From an uncultured Actinomycetota bacterium (GTDB lineage Bacteria; Actinomycetota; Actinomycetes; Propionibacteriales; Nocardioidaceae), in NCBI GenBank assembly GCA_963724275.1, contig CAVRUB010000005.1:8474-72473 (forward strand): DNA of 64,000 nucleotides, given 5' to 3'. Position numbers and translations under genes: made by a program. The stretch's first letter is position 1. The number at the start of each line of letters is the position of its first letter. Positions 10,702 to 20,604 of this stretch are shown here, piece after piece. Below the pieces are notes generated by a model. It searched no databases and was not told the origin of the DNA. It saw only the letters and a program-made list of their open reading frames with translations.

Positions 10702-11450
10702 GGGGCCACTCTCCTCGCTCGGGCCGCTGTCATCCCTATAAACGCAGGATGACCCACCACGGGTGGGGGCCGATGAGCAAAGATTCCGAACGGGTAGAGA
10801 GCGTGCGACAACAGGGGCGAGGACGGCAAGTAGTGCCCGAGGCGGACGCATCCGCCCTCGCTACGATAGCTGAACAACGCTGGCTGGTGCACCCCCGGGT
10901 GCACGACCGGCCGAGGAACGGTGGCCAACGGGAGGCAGCGGGACCGGATCCACGCTCAGGACCGAAGTGAGCCTGATCATGCGTGAGTCTCACGGTTCAA
11001 CTCCCCCTCGCGCAGGTGAGACAGGCCCCGGGTCTTCGGATCGTGTCTTCGCCGTGCGGGGTCAGCGCGCGTCGTTCGGTTGTCGCCATTGCTGCGGCGT
11101 CGCCCTCCTCGACGACGTGTGGGTTGTGTTCGGTCACCTAAGTCCGGTGGTGCGCGCCGAGCGATCAATCCGGGGCAAGAAATTTGGGCGAGTCAGGATC
11201 AGCGAGCTGGTGGGCTTGCGAGCGCAACAGCCGACACGGATGGTCGGATCGACGGCTGACGCGAGCCTTCAGAGTCCGGGCTGTCCGGCGTCCCGCAAGC
11301 CGATCCGCTTACGGTCATTCGCGCCGCGCGTGGCGCTGGCCGGCGGCGTAGTCGTAGACGGTTCCTCTTACGGGAACCGCCCGGATCTGCCGATGTGCGG
11401 ATGTCAGACTTCACCGCGCATTCCGTGAGGAAACGGGTCGTCGGCAGGCA

Positions 11451-12173
11451 TCACTCATCGACGATGATGATGGTTCCGCGGTTGGTACCTTCTCCGAAGG
11501 GTCCTGCTTCCTCGAAGCGCCACTTGTACTCGCCAGGAGCCAGTGAACCCGGCGTGAAGATGTGATAGCGATAGCCGATCACAACATGTTCCCCGGTCTC
11601 GACGAAGACACCGTCCCTGTAGTGCGTTTCGGTCAAAGCAAGCTCCGGAAGAGCCGCATCCGGGGTACTGGCCGGTCCGAAGAACACTCTGTTGGTTACG
11701 GTTTCCAGGAACGCGATGGCTGCGGCCCGGTCGTAGTCCGGTCGCTGGAACGTGTCATAGAACTCGAACTGCGCGATGGCCCCGATGAAGTAGTCCGTGT
11801 CCGAGAAGACGTGTGGCACCTCAGGGTCGTCTTCGTCGTTGTCGTCGTAGAACCGGAACTGGCAGTTCCCCCAGGTCGAGCCTGGTCCGTGCGTCACTCC
11901 AGATCGCTCCAGAACTGCCTGAATTCCCGCGTTGGCGATTATCTGGGCGTCACCCGTCGAGCAGGGCTTGGCCTGCGTCGCAGAGGCTGGGCTCACCAAG
12001 ACCACGGCCATCAACGCCAGGGCAAAGACAAGGGTTACAAGGCGCTTCACGACTTCGCAATTGTTGTCCCGGGTCGGTTGCGCCGCACTCGCGGGAGGCA
12101 CCGCCAAGGCGAGTGATGCCGTGACTGCTCCGGCCGATGCGACGGCTCGACGTAAAAGCGAAGATGTGTTCAT
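11451..12173 (-). CDS. secreted hypothetical protein with two consecutive signal-peptide-like segments
   Basis: ATG 12173 follows gggaggg. MNTSSLLRRAVASAGAVTASLALAVPPASAA is followed by a second segment, VKRLVTLVFALALMAVVLVSPASATQA. The C-terminal 170 aa look well-formed (FFGPASTPDAALPELALTETHYRDGVFVETGEHVVIGYRYHIF). Confidence 0.7.
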   Translation of the reverse strand: MNTSSLLRRAVASAGAVTASLALAVPPASAAQPTRDNNCEVVKRLVTLVFALALMAVVLVSPASATQAKPCSTGDAQIIANAGIQAVLERSGVTHGPGSTWGNCQFRFYDDNDEDDPEVPHVFSDTDYFIGAIAQFEFYDTFQRPDYDRAAAIAFLETVTNRVFFGPASTPDAALPELALTETHYRDGVFVETGEHVVIGYRYHIFTPGSLAPGEYKWRFEEAGPFGEGTNRGTIIIVDE

Positions 12174-12534
12174 GGGTCCCTCCCAATCCGAAAGCATTAC
12201 TCATCAATAACGCGAGGAGTGCGGCATTTGGGTGGGTCCAGTCCCGAACCGGGCTAGACCAGTGTCGTCAGACCAAGGTGACCCGGCCGTCGAGAGGGTC
12301 ACGAGCGGGACGCTGCGACCAGCCTCGCCCACGTCTACCTACACTCCCCGACCGCGGAACGCACGCTATTGCCGCTGTCCGCTCGCTGCCATGCTGATAG
12401 CGGATTCCGGCCTCATCATCGAGAGGCTCCCACCCAAGCCGGAGACGGATGTGGGGAGTTGTGCGCTGTGGACGGGGTCGACAGGTTCGCCGTAGCGTTT
12501 CTAACGATTGACCCGCCCGACGTCTGGAGGACAC

Positions 12535-13692
12535 GTGCTGGCGCTCGTTGCGGACCGTGTCTTTGATGGTGAACGGTTCAAGGATCGGGCAATGATCTTG
12601 GTTGACCGGGGCCGGGTGGTGGCTGTGGACGCCAGCGCGGCCGGGGCACCTGAGGGCGCTGAGGTGCTGGACTTCGGAGACGCCACGATCATGCCGGGGC
12701 TCGTCGATGCCCACATCCATCTCGCCTTTGACGCTGGTCCGGATCCATTGGGTCGGCTGCCTGGTGTCGATGACGAGCGGCTGCTCGACGAGATGCAGTC
12801 AGCGGCTCGACAGGCGCTACAGGCGGGGGTCACCACGGTGCGTGACCTGGGCGACCGCGGCTTCCTTGGGGTGAGGGTCAAGGAAATGACGTCTGCGGAT
12901 CCGCTGCTGGGCGCTGACGTCGTCCCCGCGGGGCCGCCTCTGACCACGCCGCGAGGCCACTGTTGGTCGTTGGGTGGGGTGGTGGAAGAGGCTGACATCC
13001 GGGTGGCGGTACGTGAGCATGCCCGGCGGGGCGTCGCCGTGATCAAGGTGATGGTCACCGGAGGCGAGATGACGCCGGGAACTGACACACGGTCGTGCCA
13101 GTTCTCGTTGCCGGCTCTGCGGGCGGCGGCAGACGAGGCACACCGTCAAGGCTTGCCCATCACCGGTCATGCTCACGGTGTAGCGGGGATCGTTGCTGCC
13201 CTCGAGGCGGGCTTCGACGGAATCGAGCACGCCAGCTTCGCAGAGCCGGACGGTCCACGGGCTGACCCGGCCGTGCTCGAGCGTCTGGCCGCCAGCGGCA
13301 TCATGGTGAGCGTGCTCGCCGGGGTGCGGCCTGGCACGGTCATGCCTCCGGAGATAGCTCGCATCATTGACAAGATTCAGCGGGTACGTCGCCAGATGGT
13401 CGAGGCGGGTGTGCGGGTGATCCCCGGACCGGACGGAGGAATAGGTCCGCACAAACCCCACGACGTGTTGCCTCAGTCCGTCATCATGCTGAGCGAAGTG
13501 ATGCCCAACCGCGACATCTTGGCTGCAGCGACAAGCCGTGCCGCCCAGGCCTGCGCGTTGGAGAGCAGCAAAGGTCGCCTTGCGCCGGGCTTCGACGCTG
13601 ACGTCCTGATAGCCGCTGGTGATCTCGAGCGGGACGTCGCCGGCGTCAGCAACCCCCTCGCAGTCTTCCACCAAGGTCGACGGGCACGCTGA
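12535..13692 (+). CDS. metal-dependent amidohydrolase family protein
   Basis: GTG 12535 follows ggagga (the ORF track starts at 12508). IMPGLVDAHIHL, VTTVRDLG, AVIKVMVTGG and ITGHAHG match the amidohydrolase_1 pattern. Intact over 385 aa. Confidence 0.85.
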   Translation: MLALVADRVFDGERFKDRAMILVDRGRVVAVDASAAGAPEGAEVLDFGDATIMPGLVDAHIHLAFDAGPDPLGRLPGVDDERLLDEMQSAARQALQAGVTTVRDLGDRGFLGVRVKEMTSADPLLGADVVPAGPPLTTPRGHCWSLGGVVEEADIRVAVREHARRGVAVIKVMVTGGEMTPGTDTRSCQFSLPALRAAADEAHRQGLPITGHAHGVAGIVAALEAGFDGIEHASFAEPDGPRADPAVLERLAASGIMVSVLAGVRPGTVMPPEIARIIDKIQRVRRQMVEAGVRVIPGPDGGIGPHKPHDVLPQSVIMLSEVMPNRDILAAATSRAAQACALESSKGRLAPGFDADVLIAAGDLERDVAGVSNPLAVFHQGRRAR

Positions 13693-13902
13693 ACCCGACG
13701 CGCCTCGACGCGGAGGAGCCATCCTCGGTGCGGGAAGGTTGCTCATCCCCCTGCGCCTCGACGGACCGCTTCTCAACGTCGCGTGCGCCGGAAGCAGCGC
13801 CCAGCCCTTCCCCGTGAGACGACTCAGCTAGGGACTCCACATCGCCTCATGCCGCAGACAGCGTGCGCTGCGGCCATCCGGTCATGCGCAGCGCACTGAG
13901 GG

Positions 13903-14160
13903 TCAGCGCTTCGCGAGCCGGGACAGGGCCTCGGCGTGGACCTCGGTGTCGGACCAGAACCGGTCCCCGGGCTCTCCGTCGGGCCAGTAGACGACGACCT
14001 CGTCGAACCCCGCATGACCTGCCCGCTCAACGGCGTCGAGGAAGCTGCCGACGCTCTCAGTCGGACGGAGTGGCCCGAAGTCGAGCAGCAGGGACCGCCG
14101 CAAGGTGGTGGGATCGCGGTGCCTGCGCTCACAGGCGGCCGAAGTGACGTGCCCAAACGG
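13903..14160 (-). pseudogene. C-terminal fragment of an LLM-class (luciferase-like) oxidoreductase
   Basis: The frame of ORF 13903..14103 extended upstream reads ...CERRHRDPTTLRRSLLLDFGPLRPTESVGSFLDAVERAGHAGFDEVVVYWPDGEP..., typical of the C-terminal end of LLM oxidoreductases. No matching N-terminal barrel is found upstream. Confidence 0.4.
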
Positions 14161-14334
14161 GGGAGCGGAACAATCTCGTGCGCCGCTTGGGGATCCGCTG
14201 GCGGACAGCGCCCGCGCGGAAAGCGGCAGATGAGTGCGTCCCGCCCCGGCCGCGATCGGGCGTCCAGGAGGTGGTCGCCAGACAGGCGCACCTTTCCGAC
14301 GGACAGCGGCGCTTGTGAGCGAGCGGCTCGACGC

Positions 14335-14805
14335 TCAGGACAGTTGAAGGCGACCGGAGTAACTCAGGTCGAGTGACTGGTGCAGGAAATCGCGGGTCCC
14401 TGATGCCATGCCCTGACCATTTGCGCCGGCGTATTCACCGGTTCCGCCGATGACCGTCCACAGCCCGTCCTCGTGCAAGAGCCACGGCACGTCGGTGAGC
14501 GACAGGCGGGTCTGCATCCGGATCGTGAGCGAGCCAAGCTGGCCGTTGAACGTAATCTCGTACTGAGCCACTCCGGTGACGGGTGAGTTGGCCGCGCCGG
14601 CGCGGACGAGCACCCCGCTCACAGTGCCAGAGTCGATGATCGCTTCTGTCGCCGTGAACGTGCACGACGTCGCATCCGGGCAGCCCCGCTCGGTGTGGGC
14701 GGTGATCGCGACGTCGACGGGAGTGGCAGCCTGGGCTTCGCCGAACCAGGCGATCGTCGCTACCGAACACGCGAGCGCGCCGATCCATATACGCAAACGT
14801 CCCAC
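14335..14805 (-). CDS. secreted hypothetical protein
   Basis: GTG 14805 lies 6 nt after ggagg. Signal peptide VGRLRIWIGALACSVATIAWFGEAQA. The ORF track extends the frame to 15129, but that N-terminal extension looks non-coding. Confidence 0.65.
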   Translation of the reverse strand: MGRLRIWIGALACSVATIAWFGEAQAATPVDVAITAHTERGCPDATSCTFTATEAIIDSGTVSGVLVRAGAANSPVTGVAQYEITFNGQLGSLTIRMQTRLSLTDVPWLLHEDGLWTVIGGTGEYAGANGQGMASGTRDFLHQSLDLSYSGRLQLS

Positions 14806-15140
14806 GTCCGACCTCCATCCCGCGCGTTGTCCGCCCCCGCCTGGGACGAAAACAACTGCTCCGGTCCAGAGAAGGTGGAGGACCGAAACCAACGCCCTCA
14901 GCATTCCCTCACCAATCTCGCCGGTCAATGGCCCGCTGGGGCCATTTGTCCGGCCGCTCTGTTCATCTGACAGGACGGCCTGGTTGAACCCTCGTCGGCA
15001 AGGTCGATCACCGGCATAGCGCTGATGAGCGGACGCCCTCACATCGGCACGACCGCGCGGCACGCGGCAGGAGCGGGTGTTGCACTCTTGGAGTTGGGCC
15101 ACTCTGCGTGGCCGGCGCCGCACCCTCAACTAAGCAATCA

Positions 15141-15410
15141 GGCAAGGTCAAAGTCGTCACCTTCTGCTGGGCGGTGGACAAACAACTCCGCGGCGCTGTC
15201 ATTGACTTCGCCGGCGACAGTCACCACGAAAACCCCTGGGCCGCCGACCTCTACCAACGCGCCCGCGTCCGCAACCACGACCACTCCCACGCCGTGCGGA
15301 TCCTGGCCCGAGCATGGCTCCACGTCATCTGGCGCTGCTGGCAACACGGCGTCCCCTACGAACCCGCCAACCACCACGCCCTACAACGAGTCCTCGCCTC
15401 GACCGCTTGA
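15141..15410 (+). pseudogene. IS110-family transposase, C-terminal remnant
   Basis: ORF 15108..15410: GKVKVVTFCWAVDKQLRGAVIDFAGDSHHENPWAADLYQRARVRNHDHSHAVRILARAWLHVIWRCWQHGVPYEPANH, the conserved IS110 C-terminal tail. No upstream catalytic domain is present. Confidence 0.75.
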
Positions 15411-15433
15411 CACAGGGCTACCACTGCCGCGAC

Positions 15434-15472
15434 ACGTGTACGCGGCAGTTGCACGCTACTACCGCCCTGCGG
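15434..15472 (+). repeat. REP-like palindromic unit (family copy 5) abutting the IS110 3' remnant
   Basis: acgtgtacgcggcagttgcacgctactaccgccctgcgg aligns with the 2541 unit (gcgtgctcgcggcagctgcacgctatgccgccc). Confidence 0.6.
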
Positions 15473-15727
15473 TTGTGGAAGCGTCTGGTGCTTGACCGTT
15501 CCAACCTTACGGAAGCCGGCTCATCGTTTACCCCCGTTCGACGGTGCGGCGACTTTGCCTCTTGCCTGATCGGGCAGACGGAGTGCGCGACGAGAAGCCC
15601 AAGAGGTCACTGGCGGCCTGCGGCAAGAGCGGCAATGTCGGGTCAGGGCGGCATCGGAACACGCGGGAGCCTGCTCAACGACGGGCACCGGCCAACACAC
15701 TCTCGGCTTCAAGAAGAGGAGTACCTC

Positions 15728-16433
15728 ATGAGCTCTGACACGCAGTTCACCGCGCTCGGCCCGACGCAGATCGGGTTTCAGTGCCACGGCGCGAACATCG
15801 GCGTCGGCGGGAACATGGTGGGAGCCGAGTTCGGCGTTCAGGCACGCTGCGGTGACGCGCTCGGCACCGGAGGGGCCGCAGTCCACGGACAAAGCGAGAC
15901 GTTCAATGGCAACGGCATCATCGGAGCGGCGCACATAGGCCCGGCAGCCTATGGCGTCTGGGGCGCATCCGCCGAGGGCTTCGCCGGGTTCTTCGACGGG
16001 AGAGTAAATGTCAACGGCAACCTGACAGTGACTGGTACGAAGTCAGCCGCGGTCCGCGTTGCGGACGGCTCTCTTCGTCTCCTCTACGCCATTGAGAGCC
16101 CAGAGAATTGGTTCGAGGACTTCGGCTTCGGTCGCATCACGGAGGGCTACTCCCGGGTCGAGCTCGACGAGACGTTCACCACCGTAATCGCCGGTGTGCC
16201 GTACCACGTCTTCCTGACGCAGTACGACAGCGACTGCGGCCTGTACGTGACCGAGCGGGACGCGTCCGGCTTCGCCGTCCGTTCGTCGCGCCCAGATGCC
16301 GAGTGCGAGTTCAGCTACCGGGTGACCGCGAAGCGCAAAGGACGCGGCGGACGTGCGCTTCGAAGAGGCCGAGGAGCCTGAGGGAAAGAGCCTTGCGAAC
16401 CTGCCCGCGGGCTCCCCGGACGACGCCGGCTGA
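15728..16433 (+). pseudogene. hypothetical protein, Gly-rich N-terminal repeats plus conserved C-terminal domain; 3' frameshift
   Basis: ATG 15728 follows aagaggag. GVGGNMVGAEFGVQ...GVWGASAEGFAGFFDGRVNVNGNLTVTG, then SAAVRVADGSLRLLYAIESPENWFEDFGFG...YHVFLTQ...FSYRVTAKRK. The track ORF stops at 16381. Dropping one g in aaagga gives KRKDAADVRFEEAEEPEGKSLANLPAGSPDDAG-stop at 16433. Confidence 0.6.
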
Positions 16434-16997
16434 ACGCGGACCCAAGGCGGATCATCAGGGGCACAGCCCGCGGCATCCGGCCTGGCTTTCAGTGACAGAT
16501 GGCGCTGCACCGGGGGTTGGCCTCGAGCGGCCGGACAGCCGATGTGCGCGTCCTGATATGGCCGACGTTCTCTCTCCCAAGTGGCGCGCCTTCATGACGC
16601 CCCAGGACCCTGCGGATCAGGCGGCCGAATTGGCAGCAAAGTTGAAGCCCGGCCACTGGGAGTCCCTCCAAGCACTCACCTTGAGGTCGATCGCCCAGCG
16701 TTTGGCCTCGATGGTTCAGGACCTGGACCGGCGCTAGGGGACTTGCGCGGGCCGCATGATTCCGCCGCCTACGAGCCCGGCCATGCGCAGGCGGCCGAGT
16801 TCGCATCGGTGACCGTAGCGTGTGAACCGACCGTGCATCGCTGGCGGGTGCTGGATCAGCTCGCTACCGAGCGCGGCCTGGTGCTGGTCTGTGTCCAGCC
16901 CCTATTGGTATGGCGGGGCCGGGAGGCCGAGGACCTGACCTTTGATAAGCCCGATCCTGAACCGCCCCGGTGATTCCGGAGACTTGGTGGTGTGTCT

Positions 16998-17295
16998 CTA
17001 CCCGGTCGGGACGAGACGGTTTCGTGCAGCGTAGTGGGCGGCCTCAACCTCGACTGGGGTGAGATCGTCGACTGCCTCGTGGGGTCGTTCGGTGTTGAAC
17101 CAGTCGACCCAGTCCAGGGTCGCGAGCTCGACGTGCTCGAGGTTGCGCCAAGGGACCTTCGGGACGGATCAGTTCGGTCTTGAAGAGCCCGATCTGGGAC
17201 TCGGCCATCGCGTTGTCGTAGGCGTCTCCGACTGACCCGACCGAGCCGTCGACGCCGGCCTCCAAGAGCCTGCTGGTGAAGGCGAAGGAGGTGTA
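16998..17295 (-). pseudogene. IS3 OrfB, 3' third (continues from 18792), one further frameshift
   Basis: YTSFAFTSRLLEAGVDGSVGSVGDAYDNAMAESQIGLFKTELIRP, then after a 1-nt shift near 17160, WRNLEHVELATLDWVDWFNTERPHEAVDDLTPVEVEAAHYAARNRLVPTG-stop (hand translation). Confidence 0.8.
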
Positions 17296-17298
17296 TTG

Positions 17299-18788
17299 GG
17301 CAGGTTCAGGGGGTCGACGCAACACCAGCCTGTGGCAGCGACGATAGCTGCTCGGCGAAGACCTCTGCGGGAGTGCGCCACCCGAGTGCCTTCCGAGGTC
17401 GTCCGTTGAGCGTCACCGCGATGGCGTCGAGGTCGGTGGCGGCCCAGCGGGTCAGGTCGGTGCCCTTCGGGAAGTACTGGCGCAAGAGCCCGTTGGTGTT
17501 CTCGTTGTGGGCCGCTGCCACGGCGAATGGGGATCACAGAAGTAGACCGCGACCCCGGCATCGATCTTGAGCTGGACGTGCTGAGCCATCTCGCTGCCTT
17601 GGTCCCAGGTCAGCGACCGCCGCAGCTGCTCAGGAAGAGAGCCGAGGTGCGCGGTGATCGCGTCCCGGACAGCCGCGGCGCCACGGCCGGCCAACGGCGG
17701 TCCGTTCTTCACGTACGTGGCATCGCCGAAGCCGTCCATGGGTGGCAGGTGGAGCAGCATCGTGTACCGGCTCTTCCGTTCCACCAGGGTGCCGATAGAG
17801 GACCTCTCCAGTCCGATGATCAGATCGCCCTCCCAGTGACCTGGGACAGCACGGTCGGCAGCCTCAGGAGGCCGCTCGCTGATCCTGACATCGTCGGTGA
17901 CATAGCTCCGCCCGCTGCGCTGAGTGCGGGTACGAGGCTCACGTAGCGCTCGACCGGTCCTCAGGCACGCGGTCAGCTCACGCTTCAGCGCGCCTCGCCC
18001 CTGCACGTAGAGCGACTGGTAGATCGTCTCGTGGGACACCCTCATCGACTCATCATCGGGGAACTCGATCTTGAGCCGGTTGCTGATCTGCTCCGGACTC
18101 CAGGCCACGCCCCAACGACGGTCCTTCCGACGCCCGTGACGCCTGCCCGCCCAGGGCACGTTCGGGCCCACGATCGGGCGGCCCTCAGCATCGGTGACCT
18201 CACCGGCGAGCTTGCGTTCCACGTACTCCCGCAGCCGCGGGTTGGTCGCGAGCTTCGCGTCCTTCGGGCGCTTCGCAGCCTGCTGCGCCTTCCACTGCGC
18301 CACCACCGCGCGATAGCCCCGCTGGCTGGCCCGGGTGGCCGCGTTGCGGCGCAGTTCGCGAGAGATCGTCGAAGGGTCGCGTCCGATCCGCCGCGCGATC
18401 TCGCGCACCCCGTGATCTTGGGCCTTGAGCAGCGCGATCTCCTCCCGCTCAGCGAAGGACAGGAAGCGGCCGGTCGGTTCGGTCAGGCTGATCGGGGCCA
18501 TCCCGCCAGCGTGGCGAAACCACCTCGACGCCACCGGCATCGACACGCCGACCTGCGCACCAGCGTCCTCACTGGTCAGGCCCTGGGCAATCAGGCGCCA
18601 GAACTCCCGCTGCACAGCACGCGAGGGCTCCGGCCGACCCGGCGATCGCATCGGCGGCCGCAACGCGCGATCAGCCGCCCACTGCCGTCGTCGCCCATCG
18701 GACACCGCTGCGAGTGCCGTCGTCGTCTGCTTCCTTGCCATCGACCACCTCCATCATCGAGGTGTTGCGACGACCGCTTGATTTCGCC
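17299..18788 (-). mobile_element. IS30-family insertion sequence (1490 bp) inserted in IS3 OrfB
   Basis: The termini GGCAGGTTCAGGGGGTCGACGCAACACC (17299-) and, on the reverse complement, GGCGAAATCAAGCGGTCGTCGCAACACC (-18788) match at 21 of 28 positions. A 3-bp duplication, ttg, flanks them at 17296-17298 and 18789-18791. The flanking IS3 codons join as ...AGSQ|YTSF.... Confidence 0.85.
17306..18741 (-). pseudogene. IS30-family transposase, one frameshift near 17520
   Basis: ORF 17452..18741 (HTH regions, then HWEGDLIIG...SRYTMLLHL...LTWDQGSEMAQH...VYFCDPHSPWQR), continued in ORF 17306..17521 (NENTNGLLRQYFPKGTDL). Confidence 0.8.
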
Positions 18789-18791
18789 TTG

Positions 18792-19406
18792 ACTGCCTGC
18801 GTCGGTGTGGTGGACCAGCCCGTTCAGGTCGGTGACGCCCTCGCGGCCGCGGTTCCAGATCGCCATCTCCAAGGTGTCGAGCACCAGGCTGGTGTTCATC
18901 GATGTCGCGGCCCGCCAGCCGACGATCCGGCGGGAGTAGACGTCGAAGATGAAAGCCACATACACGGTGCCGGCGAAGGTCGCGACGTAGGTGAAGTCGG
19001 CAACCCACAACTGGTTGGGACGGCTGGCGGTGAACTCACGGTCCACCAGGTCACCGGGGCGCAGGTTCGCGGCGTCCGGGACAGTGGTGCGCACCTTCTT
19101 GCCCCGCAGCGCGCCGGTCCAGCCCTGCTGTCGCATCACTCGCTCCACGGTGCACCGGGCGACGTCATGGCCCTGCCGACGCAGGTAGAGCCACATCTTC
19201 CGGGCACCGAACCTGGCGACGAACCGCTGCTCTCGTGCGGATCGGATCGCCTCGATGATCTCCCCATCGCGCAGTTCCCGCTTCGACGGAAGCCGGTTCA
19301 GGGCCTCGTAGAAGGTAGACGGGGCGATGCTGCAGCCGTGCTCGGTGAGCACAGTGCAGATCGGCTCGACCCCGAACTCCTCCCGGTTGGCCCGGATGAA
19401 GTCCAC
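18792..19406 (-). pseudogene. IS3 OrfB (DDE transposase), 5' two-thirds, interrupted by IS30
   Basis: ORF 18591..19406: DFIRANREEFGVEPICTVL...NQLWVADFTYVATFAGTVYVAFIFDVYSRRIVGW...LVHHTDAGSQ. The homology stops exactly at the IS30 junction. Confidence 0.8.
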
Positions 19407-19729
19407 TAGTACTGCTGTGGGCGGTCGAGCTCCGCCGCGAAGAAAACCGTGGCCCGTTTCAAGATCTCGTTCGCCCGCCGCAACTCGGCGACCTCACGCT
19501 TCAGCGCCTTGATCTCGGCCAGCTCCTCGGTCGTCTTGCCCGGCCGATCCCCGCCATCGACCTCGGCCTGGCGCAACCACTTGCGCAAGGTCTCAGGAGA
19601 TCCGATCCCCAGCTTCCCCGCGACCGACCGAATCGCATGCGCCTCGGTCGGATAGTCGGGCAAGCACTCCGTGACCATCCTGACCGCCCGCACCCGCAGT
19701 TCTGGCGGGTACTTCAACCCACGTGCCAT
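19406..19729 (-). CDS. IS3 OrfA (HTH transposase subunit)
   Basis: MARGLKYPPELRVRAVRMVTE...ELAEIKALKREVAELRRANEILKRATVFFAAELDRPQQY. The leucine-zipper-like end and the overlap with OrfB in the -1 frame are typical of IS3 elements. Confidence 0.8.
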   Translation of the reverse strand: MARGLKYPPELRVRAVRMVTECLPDYPTEAHAIRSVAGKLGIGSPETLRKWLRQAEVDGGDRPGKTTEELAEIKALKREVAELRRANEILKRATVFFAAELDRPQQY

Positions 19730-20321
19730 GACCTCATCCTCCAACTAACGAGGTCTCCGGACATCCCGGGGCGGTTCAATCCCAAGGACGCGGTCGTGAT
19801 CGCCCGGCTGGCCGCCGGGTTGCGTTGCTATGAGCCCGAGCGGATCGACCCAGACTGGGCGCGGCTGCGGCAGCTGGGGACGCGGCGGGCCAAGCTGATC
19901 ACGCAGGCGACCGCACAGACCCTGCAGGTCCGCGACCTCATCGAGTGCGTCTGGCCCGCCGGCCTGGACGCTGCTGCGCACCCGTTCCGTGCCAAGTCCT
20001 GGTGCGCGGCGATGACGGTGGTCCTCAACCGTTGCGAGCGCGACCTTTCTCGCGTCCGTCGACTCGGCCGGACCAGGTTCACCAACGCGGTTCGCCGCGA
20101 GCTGCCCCGCTGGGACGCCACCCGGCCCTTCCTGCGCATCGTCGACGCACTCTTCGCCGCTCTCCGCGACGACCGGTGTCCGCGAGGTTGCCCGCGGCAG
20201 GGTCGTCAACGTTCGCTGCATCCGAGAGCTGTCGAGGTGCAGCGGCATTTCGAAAGAGGACACATCGTCCTTCCACACTGGATCGCTACACAATCAACGG
20301 CGCGAGCAGGGTGGTCTGTGT

Positions 20322-20346
20322 TTGACCGCAGTGAAGAAAACCACTG
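20322..20346 (+). repeat. 25-nt perfect direct repeat, left copy
   Basis: ttgaccgcagtgaagaaaaccactg, identical to 22134..22158. Confidence 0.9.
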
Positions 20347-20604
20347 TAGGTTGACCTGGACAAACGCACCGTCAGCTGCATCGGACCCGAGATCGGCTGC
20401 TACGGCTGGCCGACGAGCCCGCCTCATCCTGTCATCGGGTCGGCCCCCGCGACGAAGCTCGAGGCCGTCCGCGGTACCGGCAAATCCGCGGCGCCAGCCA
20501 CGGTGGCATAGCGCGGGGCAGGCGCTGGTCGCGGGTCTGGTGTCCAAATCGGTTTACCCAAGTTCGACAGTCGATGCACCCGCGAGAGAGTCGGGCCTCG
20601 ACCC

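Larger units (their letters stand above)
16958..19778 (-). mobile_element. IS3-family insertion sequence (carrying a nested IS30), with terminal inverted repeats and 4-bp target duplication
   Basis: The ends are TGAACCGCCCCGGTGATTCCGGAGAC (16958-) and, on the reverse complement of the other end, TGAACCGCCCCGGGATGTCCGGAGAC (-19778). atcc flanks both sides (16954-16957 and 19779-19782). OrfA and OrfB lie inside. Confidence 0.85.
16790..20176 (+). pseudogene. IS110-family transposase gene split by the IS3/IS30 nest and truncated at the 3' end
   Basis: The left part ends ...FASVTVACEPTVHRWRVLDQLATERGLVLVCVQPLLVWRGREAEDLTFDKPDP (ORF 16581..16973). The right part resumes at KDAVVIARLAAGLRCYEPERIDPDWARLRQLGTRRAKL... 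(ORF 19637..20632). Removing 16958..19778 plus one atcc restores a continuous frame. Homology fades after ALFAALRDD (~20176). Confidence 0.75.

Noticed and set aside
10967-11428. 153-aa plus-strand ORF in the 10.75-11.45 kb gap
   Set aside because: The composition is unlike the real proteins here (Cys/Arg-rich, no motifs) and there is no ribosome-binding site. The gap may hold degraded sequence, but I cannot support a gene.
16558-16737. 59-aa ORF MADVLSPKWRAFMTPQDPADQAAELAAKLKPGHWESLQALTLRSIAQRLASMVQDLDRR upstream of the disrupted IS110-type gene
   Set aside because: The composition is plausible, but there is no recognisable family and no clear ribosome-binding site. It may be part of the IS110 element's 5' region in a shifted frame. 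Left unannotated.
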